The notes: a model not told the origin generated them from the letters alone. Shown: positions 15,590 to 24,843, counted from the first letter of the stretch. The stretch is DNA of 46,449 bases from an uncultured Gammaproteobacteria bacterium (GCA_964491085.1 CAZBFB010000037.1:1-46449), one strand, 5' to 3'. Numbers and translations: made by a program.

Positions 15590-16525
15590 ATGGAACTCAC
15601 TCTTCTCGCTATAATCATAATTCTCGTTATCACTCTTGGAGTGGTGATCTTTTTTTTCTCCCGTAAGCTAGAACGCCTGATGACCGGGCATGATGCGCAG
15701 ACATCGTTTCAACTATTAAATCAAAACGTACAAACTGTGCACCAGCGTCTGGATCGAGCCGCACAAGCGGTGGCTGGTATGGCTAAAGAATTAAGCGTGG
15801 TGCAGGAAATGAACCGCCAGATGCAAGCGTTTCAAGATTTTTTTAAAGGCCCGAAAGTGCGCGGTTCGTTGGGTGAGCAAATTTTGACACAATTACTCGA
15901 ACAATATTTACCACGCGAGCAATTTGTTCTGCAATATAAATTTCAGAGTGGCCAGATTGTTGACGCCGCGCTTAAGACATCACAAGGGATTATTCCGGTT
16001 GACGCGAAATTTCCCCTTGAAAATTATCGCAAAATAAATCAAGTGGAAACGGACGATGAACGAGAACGGGCGCGCAAAGATTTTGTGCGTGATGTAAAAA
16101 AACACCTTCAGGATATTGCGAAAAAATATATTTTACCGGCGGAGGGCACCGTGGATTTTGCCCTGCTCTATATTCCGTCCGAGTCCGTATACTATGAAGT
16201 CATTCACTTGGAACACGAACTAACTGGTTTTGCGCATGAACTCCGCGTGTTTCCAGTTTCGCCCAATAGTTTTTTATATTTTTTACGAATTTTGCTCTTG
16301 GGTATGGAGGGTTTAAAAATCGAACAGTCATCACGAAAAATTCTAAAATTGTTGGCCGGCATTCAACAAGATGCCAAACGCCTCGGCGACACCATCGGAG
16401 TTGCCACTACCCATATAACCAACGCGAAAAACGCCATTGATCGGGTTAATAACGATTATGTCGGACTGACTACTCAATTCAACAGTATCCGACTCCTCGA
16501 TTCAGGAAACGATGACCACACCTAG
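15590..16525 (+). CDS. rmuC: DNA recombination protein RmuC
   Basis: N-terminal TM helix, a coiled region, then IVDAALKT..GIIPVDAKFPLENY and LLYIPSESVYYE, typical of RmuC. Confidence 0.88.
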   Translation: MELTLLAIIIILVITLGVVIFFFSRKLERLMTGHDAQTSFQLLNQNVQTVHQRLDRAAQAVAGMAKELSVVQEMNRQMQAFQDFFKGPKVRGSLGEQILTQLLEQYLPREQFVLQYKFQSGQIVDAALKTSQGIIPVDAKFPLENYRKINQVETDDERERARKDFVRDVKKHLQDIAKKYILPAEGTVDFALLYIPSESVYYEVIHLEHELTGFAHELRVFPVSPNSFLYFLRILLLGMEGLKIEQSSRKILKLLAGIQQDAKRLGDTIGVATTHITNAKNAIDRVNNDYVGLTTQFNSIRLLDSGNDDHT

Positions 16526-18296
16526 CTCATCATTCCAAAATTTGTGTTGGCAAATTATTCCGGCGGCCGCGCCGGAATTATTAGCGCAATTTCCCGAGCT
16601 AGAATCGTTGGCTGTGCAATTGTTGCAAGCTCGCGGAGTGATTAAATCCGATGTATCCGCGACTGTCAACCAACGCGCCGCGGAACGTTTTTTAACCCCA
16701 GATTACGCGACCGATACGCTTGATCCTTTTTTATTTCGTGACATGCGCCAAGCCACCGATCGTATTTTTGCGGCGATTACCGCCGGTGAGCCGATAATGA
16801 TGTTTGGTGACTATGATGCTGATGGCGTTTCCGCCGCGGTAATTATGGTTAGCACCCTGCAAGCGCTTGGCGCCCGGGTTGATCGATATTTGCCGCATCG
16901 CGAAACCGAAGGATATGGTATGAATCTGGCGGCGATTGAAAAATTTAGCGCGGCCGGCATCAAAATAATTATTTCCGGCGACTGCGGGATTGCCAATGTG
17001 ACTGAAATTAAACAGGCGCGTGATTTGGGAATGGACGTTATCGTGACGGATCATCACACCTTTCAAAGCGAACTACCGCCGGCGTATGCCATTATCCATC
17101 CCGGCATCCCGGGTGAGCCGTATCCGGATAAAACTTTGTGCGGCGGGGGAGTGGCGTTTAAATTGGCGCAAGGGTTGTTGCGTCATCCGCTGGCGGATAA
17201 ATTCTGGCAACGCGATGAACCGCGGTTGAATTTTGAAAAATGGTTGGTGGATATGGTGGCAATTTCCAGCGTGGCGGATATGGTGCCATTGCTTGGTGAA
17301 ACGCGGGTGCTAACTTGGTATGGCCTGAAAGTTATTCCCAAATCGCGCCGACCGGGTTTGCGTGCCATGCTTGCCAATGCCGGATTAACCGACCGCCAAG
17401 AAATCACCAGCGAAAACATTGCTTTTCAAATCGCGCCGCGCATAAACGCGGCGGGACGAATGGATCATGCCAACGCGGCTTACGAATTGCTCATGACGCA
17501 AGACGCCCAAGTGGCGCGGACTCTGGCTGATGCCTTGGAAAGTACCAATCAAGACCGCCAGCGTATGACCGAGATTGTGTATAACGAGGCATTGGAATTG
17601 GCCCGGGCTCAAGGCGAGCAATCGGTCTATATTGTGGCCAGTCGCGACTGGCCGTTGAGTATCGCTGGTTTAGTGGCGGGAAAATTAGCGGAAATGTTTA
17701 ATCGCCCATGTTTTGTGCTCACCCAGCGCAACGGATTTTATCAGGGCTCGGGTCGCGGCATTAACATTCCCGGCGTGAGTTTAATGACCGCGCTCGATAC
17801 AGCCAAGGATTTACTGGCCGGCTATGGCGGTCATCCGGACGCGTGCGGTTTGAAATTGCCGCCCCAAGGCGATTTTGCGGCAGTCGAAGAACGGCTTCGC
17901 GTCAGTTTATCACAACAATTAGCCGGCCGTGATTTGCGTAAAACCATCATGATTGATGCGGTCGTACGACTGGATCAAATCACTTGGGAATTGTATACTT
18001 TGTTAGAGCAATTCGCCCCGTACGGTTATCAGAATCCAACACCACGCTATCTATTAGAGCGCGTAACAGTAGAACAAATTCGTCCGGTCGGCACGAACAA
18101 CAAACACCTTCAGCTTTTCATCAGCCAAAACGGCGGCAAAGTGTTCAAAACCATCGGTTTTTCTTGCGGGACTTGGTGTGATCGGTTAGCAGTTGGCGAT
18201 CAGCTTGATTTGGTGATCGAACTAAACATAAACGAATGGAACGGAAACCGTAATTTGGAATTGAAATTAATAGACGGCAAAAAAACAGCTATCTAA
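16512..18296 (+). CDS. recJ: single-stranded-DNA-specific exonuclease RecJ
   Basis: DHH-family motifs GDYDADGVSA, SGDCGI, VTDHH and PRINAAGR. Overlaps rmuC by 14 nt. Confidence 0.93.
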   Translation: MTTPSSSFQNLCWQIIPAAAPELLAQFPELESLAVQLLQARGVIKSDVSATVNQRAAERFLTPDYATDTLDPFLFRDMRQATDRIFAAITAGEPIMMFGDYDADGVSAAVIMVSTLQALGARVDRYLPHRETEGYGMNLAAIEKFSAAGIKIIISGDCGIANVTEIKQARDLGMDVIVTDHHTFQSELPPAYAIIHPGIPGEPYPDKTLCGGGVAFKLAQGLLRHPLADKFWQRDEPRLNFEKWLVDMVAISSVADMVPLLGETRVLTWYGLKVIPKSRRPGLRAMLANAGLTDRQEITSENIAFQIAPRINAAGRMDHANAAYELLMTQDAQVARTLADALESTNQDRQRMTEIVYNEALELARAQGEQSVYIVASRDWPLSIAGLVAGKLAEMFNRPCFVLTQRNGFYQGSGRGINIPGVSLMTALDTAKDLLAGYGGHPDACGLKLPPQGDFAAVEERLRVSLSQQLAGRDLRKTIMIDAVVRLDQITWELYTLLEQFAPYGYQNPTPRYLLERVTVEQIRPVGTNNKHLQLFISQNGGKVFKTIGFSCGTWCDRLAVGDQLDLVIELNINEWNGNRNLELKLIDGKKTAI

Positions 18297-18360
18297 TTCA
18301 TCGCTATGTATAAACGGAATCCGCCACACTGGAAATAATGTCACTAGCCGTTTGATCATA

Positions 18361-18390
18361 TTATTTACATACTATATAGTATGTAAATAA
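18361..18390. repeat. perfect 30-bp AT-rich palindrome between recJ and rdgB
   Basis: ttatttacatactat / atagtatgtaaataa are exact reverse complements. Confidence 0.85.
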
Positions 18391-18440
18391 TATAACTAGT
18401 ATATTTTGAATACAAACATTTAGTGATTACAGGTTCGATT

Positions 18441-19031
18441 ATGAAAATAATTTTTGCTACACGAAATCAGGGCAAGGTGGAGGAGATGCGGGCAATTTTG
18501 GCTGGGTTGCCGGTGGAGGTTTTGAGTGTTGAGGAAATGGGGGTGGAAGGGGAGGCGCGGGAAGACGCTGATACGTTTGCGCAAAACGCTTTGCAGAAAG
18601 CGCGTTATGTTACACAACAGACAAGGCAGTGGGCGATGGCGGATGATTCTGGTTTGTGCATTAATGTGCTAGATGGCGCACCGGGAATTTTGACGGCACG
18701 CTGGGCGGGTGATAGAAATTTAGTTGAATATACGCTTGATAAAATGAGAGATGTTACTGAAGAGAATCGAGTAGCACACTTTGAAAGCGCGGTGGCGTTA
18801 GTGTCGCCGGAAGGCAAGGAATGGGTTTTCACCGGACGAGTAGCTGGATCACTGGCGATTAAACCGCGTGGCACCGCACATCCCAAATTACCGTATGATG
18901 TTTTGTTTATCCCTGATGGCCACGACAAAACATTTGCTGAAATGTCAGCTGAACAAAAAAACTCTATTAGTCATCGTGGTTTAGCGTTTCAAAAATTAAG
19001 AAGTTTTTTGCGGGAAATAATTGAAAAATAA
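18441..19031 (+). CDS. rdgB: RdgB/HAM1-family non-canonical purine NTP pyrophosphatase
   Basis: ATRNQGK, DDSGL.I..L.GAPG..TARW and ISHRG.AF motifs. Start set at ATG 18441. Confidence 0.9.
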   Translation: MKIIFATRNQGKVEEMRAILAGLPVEVLSVEEMGVEGEAREDADTFAQNALQKARYVTQQTRQWAMADDSGLCINVLDGAPGILTARWAGDRNLVEYTLDKMRDVTEENRVAHFESAVALVSPEGKEWVFTGRVAGSLAIKPRGTAHPKLPYDVLFIPDGHDKTFAEMSAEQKNSISHRGLAFQKLRSFLREIIEK

Positions 19032-19032
19032 T

Positions 19033-19344
19033 ATGAATAAATTTTTTTCGGAACAACCGCGAGAAATTGGAAAAATCCAGATTCCGGACGATGATATTTT
19101 AGGTTGGTTAAAAACATTGCGTGAGGGTGGGATGACGGATAAAGAGATTGATGATATTTTGATTCATCTTAATAAAGAATATGCCGATCAGCGTTTACCG
19201 CGTTTAGTGGAAGAAGCGTTGCAAGAATATAATGCGCGACGAATTACCAAAGGAGAAAATCCTTTGGCAGAGGGCGATATGCTGCAAGCATTAAAGCGCG
19301 TCGCTCGCCACGCCATCGAACAAGAATTGCGTGGTAAGGAATGA
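19033..19344 (+). CDS. hypothetical small acidic protein
   Basis: ATG immediately after the rdgB stop. No recognisable motif. Confidence 0.45.
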   Translation: MNKFFSEQPREIGKIQIPDDDILGWLKTLREGGMTDKEIDDILIHLNKEYADQRLPRLVEEALQEYNARRITKGENPLAEGDMLQALKRVARHAIEQELRGKE

Positions 19345-19438
19345 AATAAAAAATTACCCTTGTTTTTATTAGCAATTTTCCGCCCCGGGCGGATCATCCT
19401 CGGGCTGAATAAGTTGGCAATTTAATAATTTTCTCTTT

Positions 19439-20191
19439 GTGTCCCAATATTATAACCCGCAACGTACCAGAAATTTATTCGAGCCCAATGCTCGCGAGCC
19501 GTTCAAAATCAGTCGGTCGAAGATTGATCTGTTTTTAGAATGTCCGCGTTGTTTTTATTTGGATCGGCGTTTGGGCGTGGCCCGGCCGCCGGGATTTCCA
19601 TTTAGTTTAAACGCGGCGGTTGACACGTTGCTCAAGAAAGAATTTGATATTCATCGTGCGGCCGGATCGGCTCATCCGCTGATGACCGCGTACGGTGTGG
19701 AGGCGGTGCCGTTTCAACACGAAGACCTTGATGCTTGGCGCGATTCTTTGCGGCGCGGCATTCAATATCGGCATGAAGCGACCAATTTAATTATTACCGG
19801 CGGGGTGGACGATGTCTGGGTCTCGAGCGTGAGCGAATTGATCGTGGTGGATTATAAAGCTACGGCCAAAACAGGAGAAGTGTCGCTAGATGCAGAATGG
19901 CAAGACGGCTACAAACGTCAAATGGAAACGTACCAATGGCTTTTGCGACATAATGGTTTTGCGGTTTCTAATACCGGTTATTTTGTCTATGTAAATGGCC
20001 AGACCGATCGGGCGGCGTTTGATGGCAAGTTGGAATTTGATGTTAAATTAATTCCCTACACCGGTGATGACTCGTGGTTAGAAAAAACTATTACGGAGCT
20101 TCATAAATGTTTAATGGACAATACTATTCCGGCATCCGGTCCTGATTGTGATTATTGCGCCTATCGCCTGACGGCGGGGCAGTACGAATAA
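19439..20191 (+). CDS. PD-(D/E)XK nuclease, Cas4/RecB-like, with 2+2 cysteine cluster
   Basis: GGVDD...VVDYK (D...D.K core) and QMETYQWLL (Q...Y motif of RecB-family nucleases). N-terminal CPRC and C-terminal CDYC. GTG start. Confidence 0.75.
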   Translation: MSQYYNPQRTRNLFEPNAREPFKISRSKIDLFLECPRCFYLDRRLGVARPPGFPFSLNAAVDTLLKKEFDIHRAAGSAHPLMTAYGVEAVPFQHEDLDAWRDSLRRGIQYRHEATNLIITGGVDDVWVSSVSELIVVDYKATAKTGEVSLDAEWQDGYKRQMETYQWLLRHNGFAVSNTGYFVYVNGQTDRAAFDGKLEFDVKLIPYTGDDSWLEKTITELHKCLMDNTIPASGPDCDYCAYRLTAGQYE

Positions 20192-20240
20192 AAAGAGGAG
20201 ACAAGCGCTCGACAGCGTCTCGTCTCCATGGGTTAGGCCG

Positions 20241-21593
20241 TCAGGATGTTTTTTCTCGCCACGCCCGATGCGCTTCCAGAAATTTGGTACGCATATACTG
20301 GCGCGGCGGTTGGAGGATGTATACGCGAAACGGTTTGCGCGCAGTTATCGTTTCCGTAATCTCCTGGGCCGCTAATGGGGCTATTTGCTGGAGCGTTTTG
20401 GTTCCGGCGGTTGTTTCAACCAGCAGATCAGTGCCCGGTCGTGTAGAGGTAGCATGATTTTCATACACGACGAACTGGTTACCACTAGCCACGACCGCCT
20501 GTTCACGCGCCAACGCCTCCGCTTGAGTGGCGTACGCTTCAACGATGGTATCTCGGCCGATTTGCCAACCGAAACGTTCGACATTCAGGCCGCATTCTTG
20601 TTCAATCAAGCGCGTCAGGTCGACATCTGTCATGGCGGTTAGCACTTGGCGGGTTAGTGACCCGTTTAAGTAAAGGTACTTAATCACACAGCGCGCCAAA
20701 GCAGAAGCAAAAAACCTGGTTTGGGGATTACGGTACACCTCGCGAAACATGAGCGCTCGCGCTTTGAGAAATTTTACCAATAGATCGGGTTTGGTGAATA
20801 CGACTTGACCGTGGCTGATAGCCACCGATTCCCACAAGCCACACAACAACGGATTTTCTCTAGTCAGTCGTTGCAAGGCGTAAAATCCAGTGGAGAACAA
20901 ATACGGTTTACTGCTTTGTTCTGGCACGAGGTACAAAGGAATGTCCCGGGCGGTATAACTGATCTTATCCGCCACATCAAGTAATGACCCCAGCATTCCT
21001 TGGCCTTGTACCACGGCTGTTAGAGCGTCTTGATCCAGCCCGTATTGTTTGGCAAATTCTGGCCAAGTGGCAATTTCGAATATTTCGTTGAAAAAGTCAT
21101 CTTCATCCAACGAGCCATCGAGCGCGCACTCTTTGGTGCAATCACCGCCGGCTGGTGTGCGTGCGTCGTGTACCAGCGCCGCCACTCGCAACAGGGTTAG
21201 CTCTTTTTCAGCCAGATCATTTTGTGTGCCGATGAGTAAGGCCAAGGCGCCGGTGCTCAACACATGGTCAAAGCGGGTATGAGAAAAGCGGGTCAATAGT
21301 TCGGAGCGTTGTGAGGCGAGAAGTTCCGGGTGATATTTGAATCCAAACTGCCGCACTCCGGCGAGGCGATCTAGGCCGAACGCGCGAATGGTATCTTCCG
21401 TCAAACCGCCTCGCCGGACATGATAGCTGAATCCGGCCAAAGGCAGGTGAGCCGGTGCGCAGGCCACGCCGATCAACGGCAGGATTTCATGAGGCGGTGG
21501 TTCAGTGGCCCCGGGCAAAAAGACAACATCATTACCTAGTACCAGACGACCTGATTTTCCAGGCCGGTTGATGCGAGCTGTGAGCGAGGTCAT
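20241..21593 (-). CDS. HD-domain phosphohydrolase, SAMHD1/dGTPase-like (COG1078-like) with atypical metal motif
   Basis: TRFDH..STG, then AALVHDARTPAGGD where canonical members have HDIGHGPFSH. Later LLDVADKISYTARD aligns with the D.DRLDY..RD motif. Confidence 0.7.
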   Translation of the reverse strand: MTSLTARINRPGKSGRLVLGNDVVFLPGATEPPPHEILPLIGVACAPAHLPLAGFSYHVRRGGLTEDTIRAFGLDRLAGVRQFGFKYHPELLASQRSELLTRFSHTRFDHVLSTGALALLIGTQNDLAEKELTLLRVAALVHDARTPAGGDCTKECALDGSLDEDDFFNEIFEIATWPEFAKQYGLDQDALTAVVQGQGMLGSLLDVADKISYTARDIPLYLVPEQSSKPYLFSTGFYALQRLTRENPLLCGLWESVAISHGQVVFTKPDLLVKFLKARALMFREVYRNPQTRFFASALARCVIKYLYLNGSLTRQVLTAMTDVDLTRLIEQECGLNVERFGWQIGRDTIVEAYATQAEALAREQAVVASGNQFVVYENHATSTRPGTDLLVETTAGTKTLQQIAPLAAQEITETITARKPFRVYILQPPRQYMRTKFLEAHRAWREKTS

Positions 21594-21703
21594 GGTTTAC
21601 CTTCCTTGTCAAAGATTGTAACGCAAAAATCATATGCCAAGATTACCATACTGGAAATAAAGCGCTTGTTTGTTTTCCACAACGGCGTTACAATAGAAAA
21701 ACC

Positions 21704-22144
21704 ATGAATAAGCAGGTTAAATTATTTACTGATGGGGGAGCACGGGGTAATCCGGGGCCAGCCGCGAGTGGATTTGTAATTTATGAAGGCGAGCAAAAAA
21801 TTTTTGAGCAGGGAGTTTACTTAGGAGTAACCACCAACAACCAAGCGGAGTACGGCGCGATTTTATTTGGCCTGACCGCGGCGCGTGTTTTGGGGGCTAC
21901 GACGATAGATGTATTTATGGATTCGGAATTAGCCGTGCGCCAACTTAATCGTATTTATCGCGTTAAGGATAAATTTTTAGCACAACTGTTCGTCAAAATT
22001 TGGAACCTGTCGCAAGAATTTAAAAAAATTACCTTTTCACATATTCCGCGCGCAAAAAACAAAGCGGCCGATGCCATGGTGAACAAAGCGATTGACGAGG
22101 GCTTGGCCGGAATCCAGAAACCGACCGCGCTTCCCCTGAAGTGA
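21704..22144 (+). CDS. rnhA: ribonuclease HI
   Basis: TDGGARGNPGPAA.G, NNQAEY.A...GL, DSEL...Q and N..AD..VN motifs of type 1 RNase H. Confidence 0.9.
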   Translation: MNKQVKLFTDGGARGNPGPAASGFVIYEGEQKIFEQGVYLGVTTNNQAEYGAILFGLTAARVLGATTIDVFMDSELAVRQLNRIYRVKDKFLAQLFVKIWNLSQEFKKITFSHIPRAKNKAADAMVNKAIDEGLAGIQKPTALPLK

Positions 22145-22148
22145 AGCG

Positions 22149-22201
22149 CCGCCGACCAACGCAGACTGAAGCACAAGGTGCTTCCGCCGACCAACGCAGA
22201 C
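22149..22201 (+). repeat. 18-bp perfect direct repeat ccgccgaccaacgcagac (2 copies) flanking a hairpin
   Basis: Copies at 22149-22166 and 22184-22201. The hairpin gaagcac aag gtgcttc lies between them. Further cgcagac-type inverted repeats extend to ~22300. Confidence 0.8.
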
Positions 22202-22342
22202 GACACGCAGACAAAGCAGAAAAATTTTGTATTTTTTCAGCGACCGTCAGCGTAATGTCGGCGTGTGTCTGCGAAAACTTATGTCAGATAAGTTTTATCG
22301 GCGACCGGCGGCGTTAGTCCGTGCCCTCCCAAATGGGCGGGA

Positions 22343-22371
22343 TTGACTAGAAATAACAAATGTGCTAAAGT
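22343..22371 (+). promoter_or_regulatory. candidate sigma70-type promoter for rnpB
   Basis: ttgact (22343-22348), a 17-nt spacer, then taaagt (22366-22371) preceded by tgc (extended -10 like). About 40 nt upstream of the predicted mature 5' end. Confidence 0.35.
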
Positions 22372-22500
22372 TATTCTAGTGTTTTACTCTTTGAAAACTG
22401 GCGAATACAGTGTGTTGGGATAAAGATACGGTTGCTTGTGCCTCACTGGTGTGAGGCACAAGAGGAAAGTCTGGACACCACTGCCGTTGCCGGGCAACGG

Positions 22501-22629
22501 AAGCTCCAAATTCCAAAATCCAAATTCCAAACAATATCCAATTACCAAAATCCAAAATTTTAAACCTACCCGTTTAGGATTTAGGAAATTGTAATTTAGA
22601 ATTTGTTTGTGATTTGGTGCTTGGAGCTT
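22501..22629. repeat. 129-nt ccaaa/tttgg hairpin insertion inside rnpB
   Basis: aagctccaaattccaaaatccaaattccaaacaa ... ttgtttgtgatttggtgcttggagctt. The ends aagctccaa / ttggagctt are exact complements. Confidence 0.8.
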
Positions 22630-22861
22630 GGAATTTCCGCTGCCTGGTGGCGGCGGTTAGTGGTAGTCGGGAGAGCCGACCGGGAGAAGACGCTACATGC
22701 TATCAATCTTGATGCCTAGGCAATAGATTGATTCATGGTCAAACGTCGAATCCTCGGAACCCCTCTGGCGCTTTCGCGCCAGCACGGCCTTTTAGGCCGA
22801 GGGTGAAAAGGGCCACAGAAACAAAACCGCCATCGTGTCTCACTAGCGTTCAACACTCAAT

Positions 22862-22945
22862 CGATCCGAACAATCCGAATGATCCCGAATGACCCGAATT
22901 GAATTCAATTTGTGGCATTCGGATGTATTCGGGGTATTCGGATCG
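22862..22945. repeat. 84-nt ccgaat/attcgg hairpin insertion inside rnpB
   Basis: cgatccgaa (22862-22870) pairs with ttcggatcg (22937-22945). The interior is built of ccgaat and attcgg units around gaattcaa. Confidence 0.8.
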
Positions 22946-23288
22946 CGGTGTGACGAGCGGTAGCGAGGCACGATAGGTAAGGATGAAACCGTGAGCCCCG
23001 ATACCTGCTCGTATTTTGCGAGAGGGTATTGGGGATAACCCCATTTTGATTGCTTGTAAATGCGAGCGATCAGGACGGGGGAACGTAAGAGCTCACGCGG
23101 CTGGCGAGTGATCGCTAGACGGAGGCAACCTCTACCTGGTGCAAGGACGTAATTGTCCGCATGAGCTATTGAGAAATTGATAGCCAAGAGAAATAACCGT
23201 TCTGCCTCGTGCGGAGCATGAGGCATAGACAGAATCCAGCTTACCTTTATCCCAGCACATTGCATTCGAAAAACCCGAAACAAATTAC

Positions 23289-23382
23289 TTCCCCCTTAGG
23301 ATAAGGGGGACAGAGGGGGTTATGAACCCTGGGTTATAACTCCCCTAACCCCTCTTTCCGCCAGCCGGCGGATTAAGAGGGG
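23289..23382. repeat. cluster of cccct/agggg palindromic elements downstream of rnpB
   Basis: Hairpin tccccctta gga taaggggga (23290-23310). Element ataactcccctaacccctcttt...taagagggg (23336-23382) is homologous to the cysS insertion. Confidence 0.8.
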
Positions 23383-23400
23383 AATAATACAAAATTTTCC

Positions 23401-24837
23401 ATGTCCTCATCGCGTAAAAAATACAGCGAACTTATTTTTTCGGTTTTGCTGGTACCGTTAGATGCTTTGATGCTGGTGCTGGCTGGCGTATCTGCCTACC
23501 ACTTGCGTTTCTCCGAGCTGATTCAAGGCGTCCGGCCGGTTTTTTATAATCTCGCGCCCCAAACATTTTTACTGTTCACCATGTCAATAATTCCTTTGTG
23601 GTTATTGATTTTTGCGCTAGCTGGTCTTTACAGCCAGCGTTCCACTCGCCGTCTGTTTGCTGAGTTGTCGCGCGTGTTTGTGGCTTGCTCGCTTGGTATT
23701 CTACTTTTGATTGTTATCTTTTTCTTTCAACGCGAATTTTTTTCCTCGCGTTTCATTGTGATTGCACTGTGGTTTTTGGCCGTTAGCTACACCTCGGTGG
23801 CGCGCGGGCTGGTGCGTTCATTGCAACATGCCTTATTGCGGTTGGGGATTGGTAGTTTGCGCACGCTGGTGATCGGTAATGATGAAACCACGACGACTAT
23901 TTTAGCCACGCTTCGGGGTGCGCCGCGGTTGGGTTTTAATGTATTGGCTCGTCTGGAAACATTACCAGAACCGGAGGCGTTGATCCGAGAACAACTCACC
24001 GATTTATTGCGTCGGCATCGACTTGATGCGGTCATTATTACTGATCCGCGTTCGAACCACGATCAACAAGCCAGCGTGCTGACATTTTGCCAAGAACACC
24101 ATTTAAATTTTCGGTACGCCGCTGACGTGTTTAATGCCCAAGCCACCAATACAGATGTTTTGCCGATTGGCGGTATTCCGGTAATCGAAATAAAGCCGAC
24201 CCCGCTTGATGGTTGGGGCAGAATTGCCAAGCGTCTATTTGATATTATTGGCGCGCTGGTGTGTTTGCTGATTTTTTCGCCAGTGATGGTTTTAACCGCG
24301 GTAGTGATTGTGCTTGATTCTGGTTGGCCAATTTTTTGGCGACTGGATGATAATTCCGCTCCACGACGGATTGGCACCTTTGGTGAACCGTTTCGTTATT
24401 TCAAATTTCGTAGCATGTATAGCGGGACGCATAATCAACGCTATCGCAAGCTGGCCAAACATAATGCCCGCACCGACGGTCCATTGGTAAAGATTCCCCG
24501 CGATCCACGCATTACGCCGGTTGGTCGTTGGATCCGAGCGGTTAGCATTGATGAACTGCCGGAATTATTTTCCGTGTTAGTCGGCGACATGAGTTTGGTC
24601 GGGCCGCGTCCGCATTTGCCAGAAGAAGTGGCTAAATATCCGCCCCAAGCGCGCAAGGTATTACAAATCAAACCGGGCATGACTGGATTGGCGCAAATTT
24701 CTGGTCGATCTGATTTGGCGTTTGCCGAGGAAATTCGACTCGATTGTTATTACATTGAAAATTGGCGGCTATCACTTGATATTCTTATTTTACTAAAAAC
24801 CCCTCTGGCAATTTTACGTCGGCCGATTAAAGCGTAA
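23401..24837 (+). CDS. polyprenyl-phosphate sugar phosphotransferase (WbaP/exopolysaccharide priming transferase family)
   Basis: N-terminal TM helices. The C-terminal sugar transferase domain has KRLFDI, FKFRSM, DELPELF.VL.GDMSLVGPRP and KPGMTGLAQ. Confidence 0.9.
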   Translation: MSSSRKKYSELIFSVLLVPLDALMLVLAGVSAYHLRFSELIQGVRPVFYNLAPQTFLLFTMSIIPLWLLIFALAGLYSQRSTRRLFAELSRVFVACSLGILLLIVIFFFQREFFSSRFIVIALWFLAVSYTSVARGLVRSLQHALLRLGIGSLRTLVIGNDETTTTILATLRGAPRLGFNVLARLETLPEPEALIREQLTDLLRRHRLDAVIITDPRSNHDQQASVLTFCQEHHLNFRYAADVFNAQATNTDVLPIGGIPVIEIKPTPLDGWGRIAKRLFDIIGALVCLLIFSPVMVLTAVVIVLDSGWPIFWRLDDNSAPRRIGTFGEPFRYFKFRSMYSGTHNQRYRKLAKHNARTDGPLVKIPRDPRITPVGRWIRAVSIDELPELFSVLVGDMSLVGPRPHLPEEVAKYPPQARKVLQIKPGMTGLAQISGRSDLAFAEEIRLDCYYIENWRLSLDILILLKTPLAILRRPIKA

Positions 24838-24843
24838 GACGAT

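Larger units (their letters stand above)
22411..23262 (+). ncRNA. rnpB: RNase P RNA (bacterial type A core) with large insertions, ~850 nt
   Basis: P1: GTGTTGGGATAAAG (22412-22425) pairs with CTTTATCCCAGCAC (23245-23258). P4 5' strand AGAGGAAAGTCTGGACACC (22461-22479). P4 3' strand GACAGAATCCAGCTTAC (23228-23244). Also GAGGGTGAAAAGGGCCACAGAAACAAAACCGCC (22799-22831) and GTAAGAGCTCACG (23085-23097). Confidence 0.85.

Noticed and set aside
15439-15666. 75-aa ORF (also 7451-7687 on the - strand) spanning the tacgaa elements
   Set aside because: The translations (..TKLRMDANGTNGLIIRMFRKDSYLRSNY..) are just read-through of the palindromic repeat. They overlap the well-supported rmuC start and the neighbouring genes.
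22843-23283. 146-aa ORF on the - strand (and 22850-23044)
   Set aside because: It lies entirely antisense within the RNase P RNA gene and runs through the attcgg hairpin repeat. It is most likely a chance ORF.
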